Shown piece after piece: positions 15,576-30,223 of a DNA stretch of 64,000 nucleotides; positions within the stretch are counted from its first letter, which is position 1, and each line of letters opens with the position of its first letter. Below the pieces are notes generated by a model, which was not told the origin of the DNA, made no database searches, and was given only the letters and a program-made list of their open reading frames with translations. The translations under genes were made by a program, and so were the position numbers. Origin of the DNA: the human T2T-CHM13v2.0 reference genome, Homo sapiens; the NCBI RefSeq assembly GCF_009914755.1, contig NC_060934.1, one strand, 5' to 3'.

Positions 15576-17777
15576 AGGTTTCTTATGAAGTAACAGGAAT
15601 CCATTTCCGAGCATTTCTGAGAATGAGGAAGGTGGGGATCTCTGGGTTCTTGGAGATTTGTATCTGTCAATCTGAACAGACCACCTACTTTTTCTCTCCC
15701 ATTGTTAACCATCTGTGAGGAACCATGACTATCAATTCCACAAAGAAGCTTAACCATGCAACACAGGTATTGGGGAATCACAAACTATTTCTGTTCTGCT
15801 TCCATATGAAAATTGGTGATGCCTAAGAAGAGGTTATAAAGAATCTGTTTTTCTTAAATCTCTTTGTCTCTTTGAAAATCTCTGTGCACGACTTTCTTCA
15901 TTAAGTGCCAAACTAATAGGGCTTAAAAATGACTCAGCTATAAAAGAACTTCTAGTTCTGCAAAGACATACTTGTTTTCTTGAATCTGTTTGGTGTATCA
16001 AAACTAAATGCCATGGTAACCAGAAACTGTGGTGGATTTTGTGAAATGCCTTCCTTTGACTTAATCTAGATAGTAAGTTTATTTTTCCATCTTACTCTCC
16101 ATTTGCTTTAGGCTTTTCATCTGTTCACTTTACCCTAATATCCTTTCACAGTGAGGTAGAAAATACACAATAAACGACAGAAAATATAGTAACATGTAAT
16201 TGAAATGCTGGCTCAAAGCTGGTACAGACACAATTAAATCTCATTTGTGATGAGTTATGTTTCACAGGCATTTTAAGACATATGCATATCGGGAAGCTAT
16301 AATCCATGCATTTTACCTTATCTTTTTTTTCCTACTCCGGAAAGAAATGAAAACAAAATTTAACTTTTGAGGTAATTTAGAACTCAATTTCTTACACGAA
16401 ATAAAGGCAAGGCCATGTTGAAAATAATATTGTTTAACTATAAGTTATTTGAAGAAATTTTAATGCTTCTCTAAAGTTAAAAAAAGAATTTTAAAGAGAA
16501 TTAAAAAGTAAAAGCAGCCACAACTCTATGAATATAACACCACTTGAAAATTCAAGGTGAATGTTATACCTTGTTATGTAACACTACCATTCAAGCCTCA
16601 TTCATACTCCAGCAGAGTTCTAAGTCAAGTTTCAGCTTTAGAACATTGCATGAACCATGAGAGATGAAATCTGAACTCACCACAGTTACTTACAAGTAAC
16701 AAGAAAGTACTACCATTGTTCAAATACTCATTTAAAAAAATAAAATGCATAGTTTAATCCCACACATCTATCTTCTACAACACCCTAGATGCCTGTAATT
16801 ACTTGACAACAGTTTAAACTATGTTCTACGGTCTCAGTCACTGCTATAAGTCTACCCTCCAACTTCCCCACTTTTTCGCACCATGTAAAGAAAGTTAAAA
16901 TAAAAAGAAAAAAAATAAGGTGATAGCAATAAAAGAAATAAGTTAAAAATTAAAAAGCCAAAATAGGTCATTAGAGAGCAAGTAAGAGAAGATGCAATTA
17001 AATTAAACAAGTTAAACATGCACAAGTTCAGACTCATGGGAAAGGATGCGGTGCACCTCACTTGTCTGTGACAGAGGTCTGCCAAGCCTTTGTTGGAAAA
17101 TCAATTCATACTATTTGAATACATTAAAACCAAAAATATCACAACAGTCCTTTCACACATAAAAAGGAACAGAATCAAGGAAACTGACATAACATTTGAA
17201 GTTTTTAAGGATGCATGTTCTGTAAAGTAATGAAGTTGAGATTAACAAACAGTACATGATTTTTAGACTCAAGGTTCAGAAATCTATGGCTTGCCTAATT
17301 TTTTAAAATTTCATATTAAAGGTTTTTAACAATAAAAAAACTCATAAAATTGAAGAACTAAACACAAATTTAAAGCTTAAATCAAATTTAAGTCATCTAG
17401 ATAATTTTTATTGCATTAAGCTTTCCCAAAAAAAGTGCTTTTAAGCTCTCCTTAACGTTGCAAATTCATCTGGAGTTCTGACTTGAAAGTCCATCATCAA
17501 TTTACAGCAAAGTAAAATGTTTGCTTGAGTGTGATGAACAATAAATTTATTAGGATAATTCAAATGCAGTTTCTTCACGTTCCTGCAAAACCTCTCTTCA
17601 TCAGGCTAAGTGCTTTCTGTGATTATGACATATATATAGGAATGAAGGAGCAGTTGCCTCCAAATGAGAATGTTTCCTATTAAGCATATGCTAAGTCAAC
17701 ACCACTCTCTATCTGAGCATAAATGAAGATAAAACACTCTACATTATGATTCAATTAAAAACCTCCAAGATACGTTA

Positions 17778-18062
<285 letters not shown>

Positions 18063-18243
18063 CTACATACCTGAACACTAGTCTGATGGCATGGAGGGAG
18101 AGCAATCATCAGAGATAACTACATTAAAATGACACAGAACATTTCTCTTGGACCGACCCTATTCTTCTGTGTAATACAAGTTTATGTCTTTCAAGTAAAA
18201 TCTTTAGACTTACACTGAAACTCTTCCATCCCAACACTCACGT

Positions 18244-18327
18244 CAAGGACTCTAAAGATTAACTGAACAAAGATGTTGCAGCTACCAAGGACTCTAAAGA
18301 TTAACTGAATAAAGATGTTGCAGCTAC
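18244..18327. repeat. 42-bp tandem duplication (1 mismatch)
   Basis: caaggactctaaagattaactgaa(c/t)aaagatgttgcagctac x2. Confidence 0.92.
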
Positions 18328-18598
18328 AGAACACTTTCTAATTTACAAAGTGCTCTTTTATATGTCACATCATTAATCCTTCCAATAATCCAATGAGACC
18401 AAAGTTTTCACTCCTGTAAGTGACAGTCCAAGGGAGATCACCATTGTCCTTACTGCTCACTACTTCATGACAATTCAAAGTCACTATTTCCTAAACCGCT
18501 ATAAGAGTGCTACAAGTGCAGCTTACAAAACTCCTTTCTCAAAGCCAACAGGCATCTACTGCAAATCAAATAATTTTCATAAAATTGCTCGAAATTAA

Positions 18599-18705
18599 TT
18601 TTCTTTTTAGAAAGGGAGTCTTGCTGTGTTGCTCAGGCTGGCCTAGAACTCTTGTGCTCAAGCAATCTTTTCGCCCCAGTATTCTGAGTAGCTGGGACTA
18701 CAGCT
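18599..18705 (-). mobile_element. Alu monomer fragment (FLAM-like)
   Basis: gtcttgctgtgttgctcaggctgg..ctcaagcaatc..gagtagctgggactacag. Confidence 0.7.
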
Positions 18706-19307
18706 ATGAAGCTATTTATATTATATGACATAACATGAAGTTACTTCTATTACAAAACTATTCTGCATAAGGAACATAACGTTACATAATGTATGGATTT
18801 GTCAAGTCTATGAATCTTTACTATTAATAAAATAAAGCCTGAGTTTAATGAAAATTTGTATAGACAATGTAATTTTCTAAACTATTTAAATGAGATTTTT
18901 CTTTCTTTGTAGATTTTTTCATATATACATATAACATCAGAGGTCTAAGCAGTATTTACCTAACAACCAATATTTGGAAACAGTACTTCAATTAAACATC
19001 TATTTTAAGCCAGCTGGAAAACAATCAATTATTACCAATGAATTTCACAAAGATCACAATATAATTTTATGTGATGGAAAATGCCAATTTTTCAATTATG
19101 TTTCTAATATAAAAACCTGAAGTTATCCTATGTACTATGAATGTCCTGCATAAAGACAGGAATATCAAGCAAATCAAAATTGAAAATATGTGCACAGATT
19201 TAATCACATGCACTAATTAAGACAACATAAAAATTCTGCCATACTGCCAAATGGTTAAATGGATTTTTTATTACTTTTTTTTTTTTACCAAATTTCATAA
19301 AATTCTA

Positions 19308-19389
19308 TTTTGGATACTGATTATCCCATTTGAACACCTATCTAATCATTGGTTTGTAAGCTAAGAATAGCATAACTTCAATAAACTGA
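19308..19389. repeat. Arm A of 82-bp long-range inverted repeat (intron 6)
   Basis: Reverse complement of 21179-21260 at 78/82 positions. Confidence 0.95.
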
Positions 19390-20273
19390 TTTTATCCCAC
19401 AGTCTAAACAGAACTATGGCATGGCAAGTACTTTACTAAATGTAAATACTCAGCGTGCTGGCTGCCATACATTCAAACAGCATCTGACTCTAGTGCCTGC
19501 TTAATCTCACTTCTCTTGGAAGACCAAGAAAAGACAGAATTAAGTACATAAATGTCAATGTCTATATCCCCAACTTTTGCCCAAAGTCAAAGAAAAAAAT
19601 CCAGAATGACTGCCCTCCCTGCTCTAAGCTACCAAGGAAAGAAGTCCTGAGAATGCCTACCATTTACACATGTCAATATTTAAAATAATCAGAACACTGT
19701 GGAACAAACAGGAAATTTTTCTTTGTCCTTTTACACTTAAAATCATTTTCAAGGTCCCTAACCTAGGACCTCCCTTTTTCATTAAATATCTTGAAAGATT
19801 CTATTTCTTCAAACAACAATAAATACATATATTTACATGCACTATAATAATTAATGCTAACATGATCTAACTAGTTTTTCAAGTATGTCTGCAAATTTTT
19901 TTAATTTAGCAAAGTGAAGAACAAACACATGATCAAAATATTGACACACAAAGCAATCTGAAAAGAGTTACGGTGTTTACAGTGTTGTTAACATGACAAA
20001 AATCTTCAATCAAATACTATTTTATATTATAATTCAATAGTATTTGCCAGGGCATGAAACTCAGGACTGGTACACATGAACTTCCATGCTATACTGCTTA
20101 CATTACATAATTAACTCAAGAGATGAAAGATGTTCTTTAGAAAAACAAATCAATGCACGGCATGTTTTTAACTAAGCACAAACATTCCTCATGCCATATG
20201 CTTTCAGAATACTTGCTGCAATTAATGATGCTACATGTATACTGCAAACTTAGTTGAAACCATCAGTAACTTA

Positions 20274-20366
<93 letters not shown>

Positions 20367-21178
20367 CTAGAGGCAGCCAACACAAAGAAAAGTACACTCT
20401 GTGTTAGGTTTCTTGCTACAATGTGAAAGGAAACTGGATAAAATGGAAGTCTAATAGGCATTATGATCTTGGTAACTGTTTCCTCTAAGAAGGATGACCT
20501 TTAATGACAGGATCAGTGTGTGTTGTAAAAAGCTAAAATTGAAAACAAGAGTCTCATGAGATAGTGTATCCCAGAAGGTGAATAAGATATACTACTGTGA
20601 TAAGGAAAGAAAACAAAAAAACAAAGAAAAAACTTATCTTTATGCTAATTTTCTTATCTGGTCATTTTTCATTTCTTTTCATGTATATTTTAGGAAGTAA
20701 TTACATATTACTCCATTGTTACAATGTATTGATAAACAAATATACATGACATTGGAAATGCATGTCTGAAAACAGCTTCCTACTCAAAACAGTTACAACG
20801 ATTATAAACCATAACCATTACCAAAAGCTTCAAAGTCATGTTTCTCAGTTCTTGATTCCTGCTAACACAGCTTGTCAAAAGGAACAGGCAGTGGTATAGT
20901 TCCAGATTTTACAGGCTTCATCCCGTAAAATTTCACATAAAGTTACCCTAAGCCAATCGACTGATTATTTAGAGGTATCTGTAAAGGTATTAAGGTCTTA
21001 GCCATAATGGACCACTTTTGTTTACTTCTGTGCATGAAGGACCAAACAAAAGGACAAGCTAAAGTAACAAAGTACTCAGCCCCCATCCTCCTATGCTTCC
21101 TTTGACAAAGGCAATATTTTGTACAAATTGCTCCAATGTGTTGCAGAAATTCAATAAGTTTGCTGGTGTTTACACATG

Positions 21179-21260
21179 TCAGTTTAGTGAAGTTATACTA
21201 TTCTCAGCTTACAAACCAATGATTAGATAGGTGTTCAAATGGGATAATCAGTATTCAAAA
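21179..21260. repeat. Arm B of 82-bp long-range inverted repeat (intron 5)
   Basis: Reverse complement of 19308-19389 at 78/82 positions. Confidence 0.95.
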
Positions 21261-22833
21261 AGGTGCATGTGGAATAAACGTGGTAGTTCACAAAAATAAA
21301 TGAAAAGCCACCCAAGAATCTACCTTCATTTATAATCTCGGCCACTGTCTTTTCATTAAAGAGTTCACTATTATTAATAGTTAAAAGTTGGCTTTTCAAA
21401 ATCATTTGAATAACGATAAAGATACCTGACTGAGATCAATGGACTTATTAGCCAGATTAGAACAGTTAAGAGATCCTCAGATTCTCCAAACACAATGATG
21501 GAGGCATAGTCTTTGGCACCTACTAGAAGCTCTGTAAATGTTTTGCTAATTAAAGTAAAATCATGCCTAGGAATCTCTGTGGTAATATGTTCCCCAAATG
21601 CAACTAAGTAAAATGTATTTAATCTGTTTCTTAGAGGTTTATATGTATAATTTATGTATACATATAATTTGTTAGGTTGATCTTTTCTATTACATAAATT
21701 TGACAATGGTGATTTTATTGTGAACTTTTTTCAACATAATTCATAGGTGCACACATTGGGAATTTACCAAGCCATCTATATTAGGACAGGAAGTCCAACA
21801 CTGGAGAAAAATTTTATATTTTCAATCATGTTATTCCAGAGACTCACAGTAGAAACGTGTATGCCATCAATAGGAACAACAGATAAGCAAGAGTTATAGG
21901 TTCAAGATACAATGTCAAACAATATATTAAATCATTGAAGAGATAGTAAGAGACGGCAAAGCAGGCAGTAAGGCCCAACTGACATTTCCTTTGCGAATCT
22001 ATGAGAAGTAGAAACTAAGGGCACCAAACTTTTCTGTGAGTCGTAGCTGTGCTCTGTGCTTTGTGGATGGTGGAGCTCTGCATGAAGCCAGGCTATTTGA
22101 TTGATGATGCTGTGTCTTGAGAGGCTCTAATATGTACTTCTTAGTCATCTATCTCCTTTAAGCACCAGCACATAATACATTTCAAAGGTTAACCAACATC
22201 TTGAACGTGCCTGAGAACTGCACTTGGAATGTAAACACGAACTCCCAAAATCATGCTTTTCCAATGGGAGTGGGTGCAGGAAGGAGAGCAAATGTGATTT
22301 GTTTATAAACCAGATGTAGGACACAAAAATAATCTTACACATTACAGATCTTTTTTTCAGGATTCATTAATAATTTAAGGACTACTGAAATGCCACCAAG
22401 ATGTATCACCACTTGGAACACCTATGTTGCACTGTGAAACAGCCACATAAATGAAATGCCCCAAACTACAGTGATAAAACAGTCACTGATAATTCACACA
22501 TTGTTCCCACAGTGGCCATTATCAGGCACCAAAGAGCATGGAGAATATTATTTCATGAAGCTACATACAGTGTCCAGTTTGGATGGCAACATTCACTGCC
22601 CTGAGGCTGAGCTGCAGTTGCTGTGGAACCTCAACTTAGATTTTCCCAATATTTGGATGTGTAAATTATCAGCTCCTGTATGGTTTTATTCTGTTGTCTG
22701 GTACTTTTTCTTTCAAGCTGTGACTGAATGTAGTTACTTTTAGCAAGAACTATACACTGAATTCCATTATAACTACAGTAAACAAAGCTGTTATTATGTA
22801 TGTCAAATCAATATTTAAGAACTATACAGTACT

Positions 22834-22951
22834 GGCCGGGTGAGGTGGCTTACGCCTGTAATCCCAGCATTTTCAGAGGCTGAGGTGGGAGGACCACTTG
22901 AACCCAGGATTTCAAGACCAGTGTGGGCAACATGGTGAGATCCCGCCTCTA
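22834..22951 (+). mobile_element. FLAM_C / Alu left monomer
   Basis: Single left arm, TSD agaactata(c/t)agta. Confidence 0.85.
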
Positions 22952-23089
22952 TTTTTTTCTTAAAGTAAGAAAAAAATAGAACTATATAGTATCAATTTAA
23001 ACTAAACTGTGCCAAAGAACTTTCAGATATGAGACAATACAGCCATTTGTTTTTTTTTTCTTTTTCCTTTCCCTACTCTCCATTTCATA

Positions 23090-23525
23090 GCAGAGTACAG
23101 ACATTAAGAGCTTGGGTTCAAGATTTAAACAGACCTGGGCGTGAATAGCAATTCTATCATTTGCCAATTTTATAACCTTATGCAAGTTATGTACCTTTCC
23201 ATGTTTCTATCCCTTCTTCTATAAAACGTGAACAATAAAAACATCTTCCTTGGCTGGGCTTAGTGGCTCACACCTGTAACCACAGCACTTTAGAAGGCTG
23301 AGGCAGAGAATGGCTTAACACCAGGAGTTCAAGACCAGCCTGGGCAACGTAGCAAGACTCAGTCTCTACAAAAAACCAGGTGAGATAGTGCGTGCCTGTA
23401 GTCCCAACTACTGGGAAGGCTGAAGCAAGAAGCTTGAGCCCAGGAGTTCAAGGCTGCAGTAAGCTATGACCATGCATGCCACTGCACTCCAGCCTGGGTG
23501 ACAGAGTGAGACCCCATCACAAACA

Positions 23526-23570
<45 letters not shown>

Positions 23571-23680
23571 TAAAAACTCTTCCTCTTAGTACTGAAAGAA
23601 TCAGTACGAAAATCCTCCATATCACAAGCATTACATGGTGCCTGACACATAGTACTTACCCAACAAATGGTTATTTTATA
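23090..23680 (+). mobile_element. MIR interrupted by an AluJ (23252-23568) whose tail is a (CA)n microsatellite
   Basis: MIR 5' part before the Alu and MIR 3' end (gtgcctgacacatagta) after it. TSD approx taaaaac(a)tcttcct. Confidence 0.78.
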
Positions 23681-24074
23681 AACATTATTGAAGACAGAAA
23701 TAGATAACACATAATACAGAAAACAAACCTCGATAAATCTTTTAGGGCAATTATGTACAAATATACGACATTTTAAGAGTATATACATGTATTCATCTAT
23801 TCATACACTGTGCCTTGCAAAACAATTTAATATGAAACATATTACCCACTCGATCAAATAAAAAACATATTATTTATAATTTAGAAACTTGCTGACACCT
23901 GATATTTACTGTGCTTTGCTATATACAAAATATTTTCAATGTAGAATGTCTTTAGGATGAGTAAAGAAACCAAAAAAAAGATAAATAAATGCTATATACA
24001 ATCAAGTACATGGCAAGAAGAAGAAAACTTTGTGGGGTGGTGGTTGAAGACATTTTCAGAGAGAAAGTAGATGT

Positions 24075-24522
24075 AAAAAAAGTAGGAGGGGTCTAGGATT
24101 TTTACAATACCTGAAAGCTACACCTTCATCAATGCTGGCAGAAGGCAGAAGATTCCTGGGTCACAGACAAAGAACTATTCACAACTCATAGCCACACCGC
24201 TAGCCAGAGTATCTTCCTTTTATGTAGTGGTTCCTCAGCTAAGATTCTCACAAGGTGATGTGAAGAGGATCCAGGGACACTGGCACACACAGAAGAACCC
24301 TAGGCTTAGGGAACCTGAATCTTTTAGACAGACAGGGAGTATCTTTGCTTGCTGCTGTCAGAGGAGATCTTATACCTATCTTGCTCTACAAACATCCTTG
24401 AAAAGATTGTCCACAATGAAGACTTCTGTTCTGTGTGTGTATATATACATATACAACCTCCTCCTCTTAGATGAGTCATCTGTACAAAATGCCAAGAGAA
24501 CAATGAGGAGTTATCTCCAAAC
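24075..24522 (-). mobile_element. Old LTR47-like solo LTR
   Basis: Reverse complement shares aaaagattcaggttccctaagc and a ttggaga..ctc..tctcttg start with the LTR at 29124. Confidence 0.55.
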
Positions 24523-25016
24523 TGCAGAGTTTAATCAAAGGATTGACAAATGATGTGGATGATTGCTAGCAGACTAAAACTAGGAATATTATTAACAAAT
24601 GATCTATGATAACAATGCCTTCTGAATAGCGATATTAAATTCTACTAAAAGTCATATCTTCTACACTGAAAAAACAATTCAGTGTAAAACTACATGCTCA
24701 AAAAGATCAAGCATGAAAGATAAAAGAAATTTTGAGACTTGCAAAGAGATCTTTATCTCCTTCACATGAACACTTTCTTATATAAAGCTCTTTTTGGAAG
24801 TGCTCCAGCAAAATCCAGAAAACACAGTAAGAAATCAGTCAGAACCCAAGGGAAGTCCTAGAACACGGGAGAAATGGCAGTTTAAGGAAGCAGAAACCAG
24901 TTCAGATAAGAGCAGGAGGATGGAGAGGTCTAGTAAGTACATCTCCATGAGAAAAAAAGAAACTAATAATTGGTCTGATATCGTTCTAAAAGTTCTTTCA
25001 TTCCCCTTTAGTTTTT

Positions 25017-25140
25017 CTCTTTTTTTGACACGGGGTCTTGCTATGTTGCCCAGTTCTGACCTCAGACTCCTAGGCTCAAACAATACTCCAGCCTAGGCCT
25101 CCCAAATAGCTGCAACTACAAGTTTGCACCTCCTCCCTGG
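25017..25140 (-). mobile_element. Alu monomer (FLAM-like)
   Basis: gacacggggtcttgctatgttgcccag..ggcctcccaaatagctg. Confidence 0.75.
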
Positions 25141-26136
25141 GCTCAGGTCTGATACTTTTGAATATTTGAAAAATAAAAGGCATCTTGACAGACCTGACAC
25201 AGAATGCAAGGGGAAAATCAAAAATATATACAGAGAAAACAAAGCAACATGAAAAAAAAAAAATTGCCCCAGGAGAAAAAAAATCTGTAGAAGAGGAAAT
25301 ATATTCAGAGTATCCATTTGGTTATGCAGTGAGCAATTGTCACATTGCCATGTGCTGTGACACTGGCTATTGACTGAAATTAGACTTTGGATGTAACAGC
25401 ATTGAAAGGATGGGAACAAGAAACCAGAAGCAGTATAAAAGGAACAACTCTTATCTTCCATATGGCAAGTCAACAGATGTCAGTAACTGGTAATCAGGAA
25501 AGAGCAACATAAATATATTATTTAGAAACATGGAAGTAAATATCAGAGCAGACATTTAGGGAGAAAGACGGGAACAGTGGCACAGAGAGGCTGTTCATTT
25601 TTATGATAAGTCTTTTAGCATTATGTCTTTATTTTTATTCTGAAATGCCTGCCAAGGGGGTGGAGGGGCTTCTCCGGTCTAACTAACATGCAGACTGTCA
25701 AGGCCCCCACAGACTGCCTGGCATTGGATTGACAGTGCAGGGTGTAAGGCAGGAGACCCCACTTGCCAGCAAGGCTGTATCATGCCTTGTTTTCCAGAGG
25801 AGTGTGCACCCAGCAGTCCTCACAGCTGTGCAGGAGCCATTCTCTTGGGGTCTCTAGCAGACAGCGCAGGCGTGTTGACTCACATCAGGAAGTTGCAAGA
25901 GCTACCATGGCTGAAAAGCCTCATGCCCCAGAGAAGCCAGTGTCTCTTGGAACAATGCCATAGTCGTAAGCTGCTGCTCCTCAGATATTTATAGTTTTTC
26001 AAGTCTCAATACGATTTACCAATCAGTGGTTACTTTTGCCTAAAAAGGCAGTCGACATACTACCTTTATTAGGATTCCAGAAAAGGGGGGCCAAAACATA
26101 ACTAAAGTTTAACTTCTCATGCAGAAATTGGAAAAG

Positions 26137-26306
26137 AGCCAGGCATGGTGGCGTGCGCCTGTAGTCTCAGCTACTTGGGAGACTGAGACAGGGGGATCAC
26201 TTGAGCCCAGGGAGTTCAAGGCTGCAGTGAGTTATGTTCATACCACTGCATTCCAGCCTGGGCAACAGAGTGAGTCCTTATGCCTAAAAAAAAAAGAAAA
26301 AAAAAA
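26137..26306 (+). mobile_element. Alu right monomer (FRAM/AluJ)
   Basis: agccaggcatggtggcgtgcgcctgtagtc..cagcctgggcaacagagtgag plus A tail. Confidence 0.85.
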
Positions 26307-28344
26307 TCCAAAAACTTAAGTGATCCTACCACAAAAAAAGTACAGGACTTGTAACTAGAACACTTGAGACTAGAATCCTGCCTCCATCTCTCACCACAGA
26401 AAACAGGAACACAAATGTTTACAAAACAAGAAATATAAACCATACTGTCTAATTCAGAGGAACACTATAAAACTTAATCTAGAAACCAGTCATCTGTATA
26501 TCTACATTCAAATTCTGAGGTCCAAGAAGTAAATATTTTGGATATTTATCACTTGAAAGAAAAGCCTATATTTATAATTTTTAAAATGTTTTATAAAAAC
26601 TTAAAGTTATACTTCTCTACTTAAATTTCCAAAATATCTATCTTTGATTTTTGTGTTTAGAAAGCACAAAAAAAAAATGAAAATTCTCATGGTACAATTT
26701 ACAATATTTTCTGTCAAGTGTTTTTAAAAAAAATTATTCATAACAGTAAATAAAATATTTTAATGAGTTCAAATATATTGCTAAAAAAACACTCAACTAA
26801 ATGTTCTTTTTCATACTTTTTAGAATCCCTCCAAGATTTTCCTAACTTAATGAGAGACATGTTAACTATTAGTGAGCTATGGTATCCTAGAGAAAATATT
26901 TATTAGGATGTTGACAGAGTGAATTAAAGCACTTTTTCTTTGGATTACATTTGATGAAAAATAATTCCAAAGGGAATCTGTTTCCAAGTCTCCTAGGTAT
27001 CACAAATAGGATTGCAGAAGGCATTCGTGTTAATGTCCCAACTACTTGATTAACTGGCCGAAACACCAGGAAAAAGTAATTTCCCATCATATATGGAAAA
27101 CAATTGAAAACATCTGTAGGAGAGAGGGGCTTCACAATACAAAATGATAAATCTATAGCAACCTTCCAAAGAAATAAAATCAGGAAATGTGTAATACAAT
27201 TTTAATTCATGATCATTATATTCTGCCAGAATAAAAACATTCATGAAAAAAATGCAAATACTTTTTAGAAAAGACAATATTAGATAAGATATAATAATAT
27301 AATAATATATAGCAAAAATAAGATATTTTAAAATTAAAAATATTCCCTTGTAGAGGGAAATTAACAGCTGTTACAGTTTTAGACAAAGTCCAGTTCCTTA
27401 TAATATAAACTATGCTCTACTGAACAAAGCTCAACATCAAATTATTTAGGATTCTATGAAGAATTATTCAGCGCCTGTGATGTAATCACTGTATATAAGC
27501 GCCATCCCCTCAACCAGATTCCTACTATTCTTATCTCAAGCTAGTACTGATCAAATGTAGTATTTAACACAGTCCATGAAATTTCCATTTCCCAGAGAAA
27601 TGAAATGCCTCCCGTCTTGATACATATACAACATGACTCCATACAACCAAAGGCAAAAGAACAGATGGTGCTGATTTATGAAAGCTATCTAACCACAGAG
27701 AACAACAAAAAGTATGTATCTCTGCACCAGTTCCATGCATAATGGAATCTTAAAATTCAGTTCCAATATGTAAGTCTTCTCATTGATTATTAGGATTCCA
27801 GAGCATGGAGGAATCTTCTTGGAAGATATTTAGTCCAGCATCCAAAAGTACACTGCAATTTGTCTTCACATTCTTCTTCCATTTTGCCTGTCATCAATGA
27901 TTCACACAGGAAGATTTACATATTGATGCTTACTAAAAATCACTGAATCTAATAACTAGTCCCAGCACCTTACCTGCCATCATCTGCCGCATTCCTATAC
28001 ATATTTATCCCAGATGACCACTCAAGCAGATACCACCATGCCAGGAACACTGGCACCGCTTGTTTTGCACGAAGGGCGTCTGCACTGCTTAGGGTTCTCC
28101 CACCACACACTAGTGACCAAGTGGCCACCCTCTAGTTGACACGATTTTATTCAGACTAATCAATCTCTTTTCAGAAGTGGCTTGCTTACCAGAGTAACAC
28201 TTATTTTTCTTTTGAAAATAAAACTCATTAGCTATGTATTTGTTGCATTGTCCTTAATTCCCAGTATATGATACAAATGTGAAACAAAAATTAAGATATT
28301 AAACAAATACAATAATTTAAAGTATTAAACATGTTATATTTGAT

Positions 28345-28550
28345 ATGGCAGCTGAGCACAGTAATAAAAAACACGGATTTTGCATGCAGAATCATTTTGA
28401 CAAGTTACTTAACTTCTCTGTGCCTCAGTTTACTCATTTATAAACTGTGGGAAATAATAGTATCTATCTCAGAGTTTCCACAAAAATCAAATGAGCTAAT
28501 TGAAGTACTCAGAAAACTGTCTTGTAACTATTAAGGGCTAACTAGGTGCT
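28345..28550 (+). mobile_element. MIR SINE
   Basis: caagttacttaacttctctgtgcctcagtttactcatttataaa MIR core. Confidence 0.8.
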
Positions 28551-29123
28551 CAACACCACCCTCTAGATAAATTTTAAAAAGAAAATGGGAATTTGGTAAC
28601 ATATTTGTTTTAAAAAATAAGTGTCCTTCATCTTCTATGGCACAAAAGTTCAGTTAGAGTGATTAAAGAACACCAGGCTCTCCAGGACACTGTTGTACTG
28701 ATGTGAGATGATTTCTGTCTTTTCCTCTTACCTTTGGTGTTTACTTTCAGTTTTTTTTTTAGATCATATAGGTTTTTCTTTTCTTACATAGTAATAATAA
28801 AATATAAATATTTAATGTATCATTTTATTGCAATCATTAAAGAAACAATTTTTAATGATTCAATATTCTATCGGGTAAACATATCATCATTTCACAATTC
28901 ACTCATCAAAGAACACTTCAACTCCAGTAACTGACAGATTTCTAAATAAAAACATTTCAATATTTAGGATTCACTTCTTTGGAGGAAGTCTATAACATAA
29001 TGTTTCAAATGGCATGATCATTTTAAGGTAGCCAGTATCAAACTACTTTCTAAAATGACCGAGCCAATTGATATCATTACCAGCCTCTTATTAAACTGTT
29101 CATTTCACAACTTTTATTTTCTG

Positions 29124-29583
29124 TGTTGGGACACAATTCTCCATTTGTCTCTTGCAAATCTGCATGTCTTATAAACAGAGGCACTGATTGCTTCTGTTCT
29201 GGACTTGCTTTTCAAAGATACCTCTACAGAGATAAGCTGTGGGAGACAGAGACAGTGTCTCCCTCCAGGGCCAAGGGGAGTGAGTCTTGCTTACTGCCAT
29301 TATAAAAGATTCATCAGCTCAGAGTCCTGTCCTGTAACATTACCCATAGAGCATGCAGGCATCCATCTGGGCCCAAGGGCATCACTTCCATAGGTCTAGG
29401 GAGTAAGGAGAACTGAACCAAATATGCTGATGCTTATGTTGCATGTTGTGCTAAGAGTAATACAATTTCTCATCTCTGACCTAGGAGCCTCAGGTCTTCT
29501 GTCAGCAACCATGAAACTGAGGCAGGCTAACTTGTTAGCTTGCAAGTAGGATAAAATCTTAGATCCTTCTCAGTTCTTAGACA
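29124..29583 (+). mobile_element. LTR47-like solo LTR
   Basis: TG..CA termini (tgttgggacacaattctcca...cagttcttagaca) and a TATAAAAG motif. Family assigned from memory. Confidence 0.65.
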
Positions 29584-29732
29584 GCTGCTCTAACAGACAG
29601 AGATGGGGGAGGAGGGAGATAGGGAGACAGACAAAAAGACACACATACCCCTTATTCCCCTTAATCTATCAGCAAAAAGTCTTGCTGCCATTCTAGCTGG
29701 AATTTAAAATTGCAAGTGAGATTAAAGATATC

Positions 29733-30183
29733 ATAGTGAAAGTGAAGTATATATGTCAACTTGACGGGGTCCCATGACATCCAGACATTTGGCCCAACAT
29801 TATTCTGGGTGTGTCTGCCAGGGTGTTTTTGAAAGAGATTAACATTTAAATCAGGAAATTGAGAAAAGCCCAGTGTCCTCCCTAATGTGGGTGAGCATCA
29901 TCCAATCATTTGGAGACCTGAATAGAACAAAAAGGCTGAGGAAGAGGAGTCCTGTCTGACTGCTGAGCTGAGATACTGGTCTTTTCTTGCCTTTGGACTG
30001 AAGTATCAGATCTTCTGGGGGACTAGAGCTGCAGGCATTTGGGCTGATCCTTACACCATTGGTTCTCCTGGGGGTCCTGCTTGGTGACTGCAGATCTTGG
30101 GACTTTTCAGACTTCATAATCACATGAGCCAATTCCTTATAGTAAATGTTATATGTGTGTATATATCTAAAGACATACATATC

Positions 30184-30223
<40 letters not shown>

